A stretch of 64,000 nt of DNA from Dehalococcoidia bacterium. Its GTDB lineage: Bacteria; Chloroflexota; Dehalococcoidia; Plut-88900. The notes under the pieces are model-generated. The model was given only the letters and a program-made list of their open reading frames with translations, ran no database searches and had not been told where the DNA came from. A program made the translations under genes and the position numbers. Location of the stretch: assembly GCA_965197585.1 (NCBI GenBank), contig OZ240215.1:832001-896000 (forward strand). Reading direction: 5' to 3'. This document shows, piece after piece, positions 19,495 to 28,626 of the stretch; the first letter of the stretch is position 1; each line of letters starts with the position of its first letter.

Positions 19495-19704
19495 CCCCCT
19501 CAGATATGGTATTTGCGTGGGCCACCCGAGGGTCCAAGCGGCCCAACGGCCCCTTGCTTGATATGGCGTAAGCTCGCAGGCGGGCCAACCTCCGAGAGGG
19601 AGTCTCGGCCGGGGATAGCCGGTCCGCCACCCCTTGCTTGATAAAGCGTAAGCTCGCTGCTAACCGACCACCGAGACGGGTTCTCGGCGGGGAATGGCCG
19701 GTCC
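19495..19704 (-). repeat. Tandem ~80-nt structured modules (two full, one degenerate)
   Basis: 19550-19625 and 19630-19704 share ccccttgcttgata..gcgtaagctcgc...ccgaga...tctcgg...gccggtcc; remnant at 19495-19535. Confidence 0.85.
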
Positions 19705-19923
19705 ACTATGACGCCGTCCAGGCATCTTCCATCGCCTGACTACCAGGGAAAGGGGCACGGGACCCGTGGGGATGAGGAGATGGCGACCTTCGCTTGTACC
19801 GCGGGCCTGCGCGAGGGCCGTTGGGATGGACTGAGGCGTTGAGTCCTCGGGTGGGGCCGGGTGGGCTTCCCTGGGTTTTTGGTTCCTCCTTGAGATAGTT
19901 AGGGTGGTGTTCGAACGGTGAGG

Positions 19924-19953
19924 ATAGTAGCACGGGTGTTCAAGTAGAGTCAA
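19924..19953 (-). promoter_or_regulatory. Sigma70 promoter of element copy A
   Basis: TTGACT-18 nt-TACTAT with TGn extension; equivalent promoter in copy B. Confidence 0.65.
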
Positions 19954-20016
19954 GGGGTTCGTGTCACACTTGGGGAGACACCCCCCAGCCCCACCGGGGA
20001 ACCCTCACCCCCTTTA

Positions 20017-20435
20017 TCCCCCTCTCCCTTAGGGCCATTAAGGGAGAGGGGGAGATAAGAACAGAGGCCCGCACGGGTGCACGGCACCCGTGCGGGCCTC
20101 TAGTTCAATACTGGGGAGAAGGGGATGGACTCCTGATCGGAGTTGGGGATGACGGGAGGGGGGTGGCACGGGCAACGAATTGGCTAAGGTGGGCCACCCC
20201 CCGCTCGACCCTTCGACTTAGCTCAGGATGAGCGGCCCCGCACCGGGGATGGATTCCCGTGTCGGGGTACGAGAATGACGAGAGAGGTGGGGGATGGATT
20301 CACGCCATAGACGCACGTTCCGCCCGATAGGGGTCGGGAATGATGGGAGGGGGTGGAAGGGGGGCAAGGATGGTCGGATAGGCGTCTGTGTTGTGCACGC
20401 AGGCGTTTGAGATCCCTCGCGGGGCCTCGGGATGG
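20017..20435. repeat. Cluster of REP-like palindromes
   Basis: Perfect 15-bp (20017-20053) and 18-bp (20063-20101) hairpins; three GGATGGAYT...ATGA units; CCTTCGAC..AGCTCAGG unit; ATCCCTCGCG..CTCGGGATG unit. Confidence 0.75.
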
Positions 20436-20584
20436 GATGTAAGGGGCCTCGGGATGGAAGGAAGGTGCGGAGTGATATCACACCTGTTTGTGGGCTAGAC
20501 CATCGGTTTAAGAAGGTGGGATATACTGTCGGGGCCAAGGGTATGTGCGTAGGTGGAATCCATACGCAGGGAGGGAATTGCCAG

Positions 20585-21535
20585 ATGGCCAGTGCAGCTT
20601 ACGACATCGTGAAAGAACGATTGGATGAGGGAGAGGTTGTGCTCCTCGACGGCGCGATCAGCACGGAGATAGAAAAGCGGGGGGTGCCGATGGACCAGCT
20701 GGTGTGGTCGGGGCTTGGGAGCAAGATCGGCAGCGAGACCCTGCTTGAAGTGCACAAGGATTACATTCGGGCGGGCGCCGACGTGATTACAACAAACACG
20801 TTCTCCTCGGCGAGACACAGCCTGTCTGCGGCGGGACAGGGTGATGCGACTCGGGAGATTAACGCAATGGCCGTGTCGCTGGCCAAGCAGGCAGTGGATG
20901 AGGCATCAGAGGGGAGGACAGTCCTTGTGGCGGGATCGATATCACCGTTCGGGGCTTACACAGAGATTCTGGGGCATGAGTCGCCGCCGATCGACCTCCT
21001 CAAAGATAGCTACCGGGAACAGGCGGAGATACTGGCGGAGGAGGGTGTCGACCTGCTCCTATTGGAAATGCTCAGGGACGTGGAACGGGCCAGCGTGATA
21101 ATGGAAGTGGCGCTGGCGGCTGGGATACCGGTGTGGGCGGGCTTCAGCAGCGAAGTCAAAGCCGGTAAGCCAGTAATGCCTTTGGGGGAATATGCTATAG
21201 CTGATGGGGCAACCTTCGAGGAAATGCTGGGCAACGTGATGGCGCTGGGCGGAGACATGGCAATAGTCATGCACTCGGAAGTTGAGTACATAGCGCCGAC
21301 GCTGGAAGTGATGAAAGAGAAGTGGGCCGGGCCGTTGGGAGCCTACGCTTACTCGGGTTACTGGGCCCGACCCAACTGGAATTTCGATGCAGTGATATCC
21401 CCTGAGGACTACCTGAACGCGGCGAGGGGTTGGGTGGAGGCCGGGGCCCGGCTCATAGGCGGGTGCTGCGGCATCGGCCCCGAGCATATCCGGCTGCTTA
21501 GTGAGAATCTAAAGCGGGTGCCAGCTTCAAACTAA
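20585..21535 (+). CDS. Homocysteine S-methyltransferase family protein
   Basis: LLDGAISTE, GADVITTNTF, VAGSISP and IGGCCGIGP motifs. Confidence 0.9.
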   Translation: MASAAYDIVKERLDEGEVVLLDGAISTEIEKRGVPMDQLVWSGLGSKIGSETLLEVHKDYIRAGADVITTNTFSSARHSLSAAGQGDATREINAMAVSLAKQAVDEASEGRTVLVAGSISPFGAYTEILGHESPPIDLLKDSYREQAEILAEEGVDLLLLEMLRDVERASVIMEVALAAGIPVWAGFSSEVKAGKPVMPLGEYAIADGATFEEMLGNVMALGGDMAIVMHSEVEYIAPTLEVMKEKWAGPLGAYAYSGYWARPNWNFDAVISPEDYLNAARGWVEAGARLIGGCCGIGPEHIRLLSENLKRVPASN

Positions 21536-21584
21536 ACGCGGCATTCGAGTCACCGGTCATAAATTTCGCCTTGTCATATAGACA

Positions 21585-22877
21585 TTGAACATCAAGAACG
21601 GCCTATCGCAAGCTTCATTCGACATGAGAGGGCTGGTCTCGGGTGTACGCTCGATCAGGCCTGACTACGGGTGGGTGGTTATCGGGGTGGTGTTTCTCGG
21701 GATGGCTGTCGGGATAGGCGGGACGCACTACTCATTCGGACTGTTCGTGGAACCCCTGGAGAAAGAGTTCGGGTGGAACCGGACGCAGTTGAACGCGTCC
21801 TTATCGTTCGCCGCCGTATCGTCGTTGGTAGCGCCGTTGATAGGGCGGGCCCTGGACAAGTTCGGCGCGAGACCGGTGATGGCAGCGTCAATACTTACCT
21901 TGGCACTTACCTTCGGGCTGCGCCCCCTCATGGGGAACGTATGGCACTGGTACCTGCTGAGCTTGGTGCATTTCGTGGCGTTTCCTGGGGCAACGATGCT
22001 TGCTGGGCCGAAGCTGGTGGGGAGCTGGTTTCCAAGGACTCGGGGGCGGATGATGGGGGTGTCGTCGATGGGGGCAAACTTCGGGGGAATCATATTGCCG
22101 TTTTCGATAGGCGCGCTGATCACGGCAACAAGCTGGAGGTGGGGGTTCACGGTGTTGGGGGCGCTATCGGGACTGGTTGGGGTGTTGGCGCTTTTGTTCG
22201 TGCGGGAGAGGAAAGCGGGAGCGGAGCCGAAAGATACCGCATCGGAGTCACGGGCTCCGCTGTTGGCCTCGGACAGGGGGGCCACGGTGAGGGAGGCATT
22301 CCGCAGCCCCCTAGTCTATGCGATGACCATCGGAACGGTGGCAGCCAGCTTCGCCTATTCGGCGATGCTGACCCAGATCATTCCTCACCTGGAGGCCGAG
22401 GGTCTGCCGAAGGAGCAGGCAGCGGCATTTCTCAGCCTGATGGCGGTATTCGGGATGGGGGGCAAGGTGTCGTTTGGGTACCTGACGGAACGGCTGGCGT
22501 CCAGGAAAGTGCTGAGCCTGAGCTTGTTCGTACAGGGCGTCTGTCTGGTGGCGCTCATCACATTGCCGGGATATTCGGCGCTGTGGTTGTTCGCGCCGAT
22601 ACTGGGGTTGGGTTTCGGGGGAATGGGGTCGGCGTTGCCGATCCTGGTGCAGGACACGGTGGGGATGCGGAACTTCGGCACGATATATGGATTCGTGACC
22701 ATGGCTACGGTATCCTCATCGTTGCTGGGGCCACTGCTTATGGGGTCGGTGTACGACCTGCGAGGCAGCTATGCCATCGGGTTCGTGGTAGTGATTGTGA
22801 TCTATGCAGTGGGGATATTGTCTTTGCAGGCGGCGAGGCCCATGCCCCAGGCCTCGCAGATGGAGAGTGGTCCCTAG
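21585..22877 (+). CDS. MFS transporter (OFA/MCT-like)
   Basis: About 12 TM segments; GRALDKFGAR motif A; WFPRTRGR. Confidence 0.88.
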   Translation: MNIKNGLSQASFDMRGLVSGVRSIRPDYGWVVIGVVFLGMAVGIGGTHYSFGLFVEPLEKEFGWNRTQLNASLSFAAVSSLVAPLIGRALDKFGARPVMAASILTLALTFGLRPLMGNVWHWYLLSLVHFVAFPGATMLAGPKLVGSWFPRTRGRMMGVSSMGANFGGIILPFSIGALITATSWRWGFTVLGALSGLVGVLALLFVRERKAGAEPKDTASESRAPLLASDRGATVREAFRSPLVYAMTIGTVAASFAYSAMLTQIIPHLEAEGLPKEQAAAFLSLMAVFGMGGKVSFGYLTERLASRKVLSLSLFVQGVCLVALITLPGYSALWLFAPILGLGFGGMGSALPILVQDTVGMRNFGTIYGFVTMATVSSSLLGPLLMGSVYDLRGSYAIGFVVVIVIYAVGILSLQAARPMPQASQMESGP

Positions 22878-22901
22878 GGAACTTTGAGAGGAAGGCAACC
22901 G

Positions 22902-23887
22902 ATGAAAGAAGCGACAAGGCTTTACATAGGGACTCACAACGGGGTCCGGGTGCTGGACGTCAACGGGAATGGCGGAGAAGTGAAAGAGGTAAGAGCGCTG
23001 ACGCTGGACCATGCTGCGGCCCGGGTATCAGTATCAGGGTCCGCGGCGGGACGCGTTTATTTGGCGGCGTATGAGTCGGGGCTGTGGCGGAGCGATGACG
23101 GCGGGGCCACGTGGCACGAGTTGAAGTCCTACCCCGAACCTTTCGCTCACAGCGTGGTCGTTGACCCCGAGGACGGGGACTTGTTGTACGCGGGCGCTGA
23201 GCCCGCGGCCCTCTACCGCTCCACCGACGGCGGCGAGTCTTGGGAGGAGTGTCGAGGCTTTGCCGGTATGCCCGAAGCAGCGCAGTGGGGGTTCCACGGG
23301 TCTCGGAAGTCCCATGTGCGGGAGCTGAGAATCCGGCCTGGAGACCGTTACTCGATGTATGCGGGGATAGAGGTGGGGGAATAGTGAGGAGCAGGGATGG
23401 GGGAGCAACGTGGGAGCAACTCGTGGGTACGGACCCGGACATCCACACGATCCACATCAGTGAGAGCCAACCCGAAACCATTTACACGGCGACTGCAAAC
23501 GGCCCCTACAGAAGCGACGACGCTGGCGACTCGTGGCGGTTGGTCAACTCAGGGTTGGCAAACCGGTACTCGGTGCCCGTTTCGGCGGCGCCTGAAGACC
23601 ATCGGAGGGTTATGGTGTCGGTATCGGACAACGCAGGCCGAAGGTCGGGGGCACGGGCCTATCTGTCGACGGACGCGGGGGAAAGCTGGTCACAGCTGAA
23701 AATTGGCGCAGATGACGACATGGTAATCGCGTATGGGTGGGACCCTCACGACCGTAACCGGGTCTATGCCGGTACCGACTCCGGAAAGCTCTACGTGAGC
23801 GGAGACGGTGGAGAAAATTGGGACCAGATCGACGCGGGGTTAGACTCGATAGCGGTGGGGGCACTGGTCACGGGTCCCGGTAACTGA
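22902..23887 (+). pseudogene. BNR/Asp-box beta-propeller protein, frameshifted near 23376-23381
   Basis: SxDGGxTW repeats continue across two frames; a G is missing in gtggggga (expected GIEVG-GIVRSRDGG). Confidence 0.8.
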
Positions 23888-23904
23888 GGAAAGAACATCA
23901 ACTT

Positions 23905-24273
23905 ATGCAGCTGATCAGCGGAGTCCTAATGGCATTGGCAGTGACCGTGCTGCTGTTGCTAATTCCAGTGGTGCACTTTGTAAGCGGGCCCATCGGACCG
24001 TTCGTGGGTGGTTTCATCGGGATTGGAAGGTGGGAGAAAAGGCCGGAATCGGCGTTTGCCGCGGGTTTGGCTTTCGGGTTTGTGCTATGGCTGCTGCTGG
24101 CTGCCATCACAGCGATAGTCATAGTAGTGCTGGCATCTGTGACTAGCGTGATTTCGGGAGGGACGGGAGCCCTGATTATCGGGGCGGCGGTGGGTGGGGT
24201 GTTCTACATAGCAATTCTAGCCACAGCAGGGGCGACGATAAGCGCGAGCCGGGTGAAGAAGGAAGAGGGTTGA
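23905..24273 (+). CDS. Small membrane protein
   Basis: 3-4 hydrophobic helices; GAGG RBS. Confidence 0.7.
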   Translation: MQLISGVLMALAVTVLLLLIPVVHFVSGPIGPFVGGFIGIGRWEKRPESAFAAGLAFGFVLWLLLAAITAIVIVVLASVTSVISGGTGALIIGAAVGGVFYIAILATAGATISASRVKKEEG

Positions 24274-24301
24274 GAAGCGGGGTCAGGAGCGGTGAGAAGA
24301 G

Positions 24302-25414
24302 CTAGTAGAGGCTTAGCTGACGCTCGGTAAGATGGTCGCCCATCTTCTCCTTGATCTGGTCGAAGGCCTCGAGGTTCCACTCGCTGACCAGGGTGACTGC
24401 GGTTCCGGGCCGACCCATGCGGCTGGTGCGGCCGATTCGGTGGACGTAGTCCTCGACATTGTCAGGCATGTCGAAGTTGATGACGCACTTGATAGAGGGG
24501 ACGTCCAGGCCGCGGGCGGCCACGTTGGTGGCGACGAGAAGCTTGGGCCGACCTTGGCGAAAGCCTCGCATTACCGAGTCCCGCTCGCCTTGTGGCAACC
24601 CGCCGTGGATGCCACGGCAATCGTAGCCGCGCCGGTTGAGCTCGTTGGCGAGGCGATCAACACGGGTCTGCATTCTACAGAAGATGATGGAGTGGTCCTG
24701 GGTGTCGGGGTCTCCGAGGACTTCCAGGAGGCCGGCCAGCTTGTCCCGCTCGGCGACCTCGCAGTAGAGCTGTTCGGTCTCGGGGACGGTCTCAATAGCC
24801 TCGCCGATGCGGACCCAGACGGGATCCTTTAGGTGATAGTAGATGAGGCGGCGGATAAAGGTGGGAACGGTGGCTGAGAATAGGGCAGTCTGTCGGGCCC
24901 TGGGCGTGCGTCGGAGGATCTTGATCATGTCCTGGGCGAAGCCGATGTCAAGCATCTCGTCGGCTTCGTCGAGGACGGCGAACCTGACCTGAGAGAGGTC
25001 GATAGTGCCGCGGGTGAGGTGGTCGATGACCCGGCCCGGGGTGCCGACAATGATATGGGCGCCTCTATCAAGGGCTCGGAACTGCCGTGCGATGGGTTCG
25101 CCGCCGTAGATGGGTACGACGTGAATACCGGCGTAGGCGGCAAGGCGGTTGACCTCTCCGGTGACCTGGAGGGCGAGCTCGCGGGTGGGAACCAGGACGA
25201 GGCCCTGTATACGGTTTAGGTCAGGGTCAACGGCCTCGATCATGGGCAGGCCGAAGGCGGTAGTCTTGCCGCTTCCGGTCTGTGCCTGCCCGACCAAGTC
25301 CTTCCGTTCGAAGAGAATCGGCGCTGTCTTTTCCTGGATGGGGGTGGGACTGGTGTATCCCATCTCGGATAGGGCGCGGAGGATGGGTGCGGAGACGGGA
25401 ATGTTGCCGAACAA
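24302..25414 (-). CDS. DEAD-box RNA helicase (start may lie upstream at ATC 25558)
   Basis: Q motif PTPIQ, GSGKT, PTRELA, DEAD, SAT, ARGLD and HRIGRT. Confidence 0.95.
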   Translation of the reverse strand: MFGNIPVSAPILRALSEMGYTSPTPIQEKTAPILFERKDLVGQAQTGSGKTTAFGLPMIEAVDPDLNRIQGLVLVPTRELALQVTGEVNRLAAYAGIHVVPIYGGEPIARQFRALDRGAHIIVGTPGRVIDHLTRGTIDLSQVRFAVLDEADEMLDIGFAQDMIKILRRTPRARQTALFSATVPTFIRRLIYYHLKDPVWVRIGEAIETVPETEQLYCEVAERDKLAGLLEVLGDPDTQDHSIIFCRMQTRVDRLANELNRRGYDCRGIHGGLPQGERDSVMRGFRQGRPKLLVATNVAARGLDVPSIKCVINFDMPDNVEDYVHRIGRTSRMGRPGTAVTLVSEWNLEAFDQIKEKMGDHLTERQLSLY

Positions 25415-25691
25415 TCCGGATGGACCCTCAATCCGAGGGGTGGGGGGTGGGGCTCCGTTTAACTCACGCCCGTTGGGCTGAGGGGAGTGGGGACGGGGGC
25501 GATTCCTGTCATATCGGGGACGACCGGAGGGGCCGGAACGCTTGCGGGTAGTGGTGATGGGTCGATGTCCTGGAGGTGATATATTTATTTCTACTAGACA
25601 TATGATACACGGGGATGTGGGTGGTGTCCAATTTTAGAATGACGACGACTAGGAAATGCATGAACATTGAACATGAGCTAGGAGTAAAACC

Positions 25692-26279
25692 TTGGACCCG
25701 ATAGATGAGATTGTTTCGGAGAGAGAGAAGGCACGGGAGAGGGGGGATTTGAATGCTAACGTTTGCTTTTTGGCTACGGTGTCGGAGGACGGGGGTGGGG
25801 CGGTGCGGGCGATATCCCTCCGGGACGTCGACCACCGAGGATTTGGGCTTCTGCTAAATGGCCTGAGCGTGAAATGGGCAGAACTGGAGTCGGGGCGGGG
25901 GTTCGAGTTGCTAATCTACTGGCCGACGGTGTCTCGTCAGTACCGCGTCAGGGGTCGGATGGAACCGATGGAAGAAGAGGAGACGCGTCGGTTCTGGAGC
26001 TACAAGAGCCACGGGTCCAAGTTGCTGGAGATGTACTACCCGACCTTCGAACCGCAGACCACCGTTGTGCCGTCTCGGGAGCACCTGGTTGCGGGAATCG
26101 AGGAGTTGGAAAAGCAGTATCCCGACAAGGATAACATTCCTCTGCCTGCGTCGCTGAAGGGGGTGTACGTGGTGCCGGATCAGATCGAGACCTGGCACTC
26201 GGGGGAGGGACGGCTTCACGACCGGCACCGCTACACCAAGACGGAGGATGGGTGGAAAGACGAGGTGTTGGTGCCTTAA
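25692..26279 (+). CDS. Pyridoxamine 5'-phosphate oxidase-like flavin-binding protein
   Basis: LATV, RQYRVRG and ETWHSGEGRLHDRHRY (PNPOx C-terminal motif). Confidence 0.78.
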   Translation: MDPIDEIVSEREKARERGDLNANVCFLATVSEDGGGAVRAISLRDVDHRGFGLLLNGLSVKWAELESGRGFELLIYWPTVSRQYRVRGRMEPMEEEETRRFWSYKSHGSKLLEMYYPTFEPQTTVVPSREHLVAGIEELEKQYPDKDNIPLPASLKGVYVVPDQIETWHSGEGRLHDRHRYTKTEDGWKDEVLVP

Positions 26280-27238
26280 CGGGCAATGGCGGACAGGTTG
26301 ACGCAGTTGATAGGCGGAAGCCCCGAGCGGATACGCTCGACGTTGCCTGCGAGGCCCTTTGCGATCTCGTCGTAAGAAGTGTCCGTAACACCGGCGACGT
26401 GGGGTGTGGCAATTACGTTGTAGTCAAAGATGGCGTCCGAGGGGTCGACAGGTTCCTGCCAGAAGACATCGAGGCCCGCGCCGGCTATGTGACCCGAGGC
26501 CAGGGCTTTGACCAGAGCGTCGTGGTCGATGACGGCGCCCCGCCCGACATTGACGATGTAGGAGCCGCTTTTCATCTGCTCAAATTCGTTCCTGCCGATG
26601 ATAGAGCGGGTCTCGGGGGTGAGGGGCAGGGCGAGGATTAGGAAGTCGGAACGGGAGAGGACGATGGGCAAGTCGGAGGGGCCGCCGAGGAAAGTCAGGG
26701 CTAGGTCCGGGTCGAGGCCGGTGGTGGGGTCGCGCTTGATGCCCAAGAGGGTGACCTCGAATGGTTTCAGGCGTCGGGCCAGGGCTTTGCCGATAGTCCC
26801 CATCCCCAGGATGCCGACTGTCTTGCCTCGCAGACTTATGCCTTGCGGTTGGCCCCAGACGCCGGCCTGAAGAGAAGCGCGTGCCTGGGGATATTTCCGG
26901 GCTAAGGCTAGCATTAGAAAGATGGCGAGTTCTGCCACCGAGATCGTGTTGCTCGTGGCCAGGGAGCCGGGCACGTTGGCGACGTAAATGCCCCGGTCGG
27001 TGGCTGCATCTATGTCCACGCCCTCCAGGCCGATCCCGAACTGGTTAATCAAGCGAGCCTGCGTGGCGTCCATGACCTCAGGGCCGACGCGGTGCATCGC
27101 CGGGATGATGACGTTGGCGTTCGGAAGATGGCGAGGCAGATCAGGGATGGCGGAGGGGATGATGTTGTCGGACGGGAGGTACTTTTGCAGGGCATTGACG
27201 ACTGCTGGGAAGCCGTCGCTGCAGATGAGGATATCCAT
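26276..27238 (-). CDS. D-isomer-specific 2-hydroxyacid dehydrogenase
   Basis: GILGMGTIG, NVGRG, LDVFWQEP and TPHVAG motifs. Confidence 0.92.
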   Translation of the reverse strand: MDILICSDGFPAVVNALQKYLPSDNIIPSAIPDLPRHLPNANVIIPAMHRVGPEVMDATQARLINQFGIGLEGVDIDAATDRGIYVANVPGSLATSNTISVAELAIFLMLALARKYPQARASLQAGVWGQPQGISLRGKTVGILGMGTIGKALARRLKPFEVTLLGIKRDPTTGLDPDLALTFLGGPSDLPIVLSRSDFLILALPLTPETRSIIGRNEFEQMKSGSYIVNVGRGAVIDHDALVKALASGHIAGAGLDVFWQEPVDPSDAIFDYNVIATPHVAGVTDTSYDEIAKGLAGNVERIRSGLPPINCVNLSAIAR

Positions 27239-27256
27239 GGATCGGTTAGTCCCGTG

Positions 27257-28393
27257 CTAGGACAGGCCGTATAGCTCGGCGGCATTATCGCCCAAGACAC
27301 GGGCCTGGGTATCCTCCGGCAGGGAGGCGATGTTTTCCTTCAATTCGTCCAGGGCCCCGGCCTCACCCTCGGTGTGGGGGTAGTCGGAGCCCCACATGAA
27401 TCGGTCGGCCCCGACGAAATTGATGGTATAAGCGGCGGTCCTTTCATCAGGGTCTACAACGATCCAGCATTGGCGCTTGAAATACTCGGAAGGGCGCATC
27501 TTGAGAGGCGTGGTGAAGCCTATCTTGTCGTAGAAGCCGTCCATCCTGTCAAGCCAGTAGGGCAGCCAGCCCGAGCCTGTCTCGACAACAGCGATTTTCA
27601 GCTCAGGGAATCTTTCAAATAGGCCGCCCTGGAAGAGGCTGGTGAAAGCGATTAGAACGTCACCCATGTCAGTGACCAGGAACCACCAGAAGGGAGCGGT
27701 GTATGCCCTGGGATAGAGGTCTCCCCCGACACCGTGAACGTTGCCGGTAACGTGGAGACTTATAGGTACGCCCAGGTCTTCGGCCGTGCCCCAGAAACGG
27801 TCATAGTGCGGTTCGCCGTAGGGAATGCCATTGAACGGTACGACGGGCGGGTATGCGCCCTTCATGCCCTTGGTCTCAGTCCTGACGAGCTCCTTTACGC
27901 CTTCCTCCACGTCCAACAGTGAAACGTGGGCGACCGGAAGTAGGCGGTCGGCATGGCCGGAACAGAAGTCGATCAGCCAGTTGTTGTAGGCCCTGGAATA
28001 AGCGGCAGACAGGATGGGGTCTCGGCAGTCCTGGGGCCAGTCAAGCCCAAGGGATGGGTACAGGAGAGTCTTGTCGGAGCCCTCCGAGTCCAGCCATTTG
28101 ACCCGCGCGTCGGGGTCGCCTGAGGCTGGGGCGTCGGCGCGTGCCTCTTCATATGGAACAGCGCCGGGGGTGAGGAAATGCTCCAGGTCGGTTCGTCCTG
28201 CTCCTGCTATGTTGGCGAGCATTCCCCCTCGAACCCCGGAGGCGGGTTTGCCGTCGACTTCCAGGTATTCCAGTCCCTGGGAGTCGGTCTTTATGCGCAT
28301 GGCGCGTTCCTGGAGCTCGGGTTCGAGATATTGGAGCCAAAGATCGGGAGGTTCGAGAATGTGACTGTCGGCGTCTATGATCTTGGTGGTCAT
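27257..28393 (-). CDS. Amidohydrolase family protein
   Basis: IDADSHILEP and WGSDYPH motifs. Confidence 0.9.
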   Translation of the reverse strand: MTTKIIDADSHILEPPDLWLQYLEPELQERAMRIKTDSQGLEYLEVDGKPASGVRGGMLANIAGAGRTDLEHFLTPGAVPYEEARADAPASGDPDARVKWLDSEGSDKTLLYPSLGLDWPQDCRDPILSAAYSRAYNNWLIDFCSGHADRLLPVAHVSLLDVEEGVKELVRTETKGMKGAYPPVVPFNGIPYGEPHYDRFWGTAEDLGVPISLHVTGNVHGVGGDLYPRAYTAPFWWFLVTDMGDVLIAFTSLFQGGLFERFPELKIAVVETGSGWLPYWLDRMDGFYDKIGFTTPLKMRPSEYFKRQCWIVVDPDERTAAYTINFVGADRFMWGSDYPHTEGEAGALDELKENIASLPEDTQARVLGDNAAELYGLS

Positions 28394-28626
28394 TAGCGGG
28401 ATCCTTAGTTTTGTGGGTATGCGAGTCGATTCTTAGAGTCGAGACAAACGTAATCGTAGGGAGGGGTGGGGGGATATGTCAACGGGAGCGTGGATATATA
28501 GTCAGGCATGTCTGATATGGCCGTTTGTTATTCGACGGGCCCAGGATTAACGGGTTGATTAGGTGCCGGGACATCGGTGTTACGATGTGGTTTGGGCGTG
28601 CTAAAATCTCTCACTAGCGAGCCACC

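Larger units (their letters stand above)
19184..19967 (-). ncRNA. Candidate large structured ncRNA or non-coding element, copy A
   Basis: Blocks homologous to 57241-58101; conserved promoter; long-range helix; no reading frame conserved between copies. Confidence 0.65.

Noticed and set aside
19550-19704. Tandem repeats as a CRISPR array
   Set aside because: Only two full units, similar along their whole length with no unique spacers, and no cas genes.
19235-19953. ORFs of 62-152 aa inside the two element copies (e.g. 19706-19933, 19660-19953, 57283-57585, 57877-58335)
   Set aside because: Peptide similarity between copies jumps between frames, the AAGGAGG is not followed by a start codon, and the products are Pro/Arg-rich non-coding-like translations.
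19184-19967. Element as a group I/II intron, tmRNA, T-box or rRNA fragment
   Set aside because: No GUGYG start or domain V, no conserved group I P7 motifs, no tRNA-like ends, no T-box sequence, and it does not interrupt a gene. An Rfam scan is still needed.
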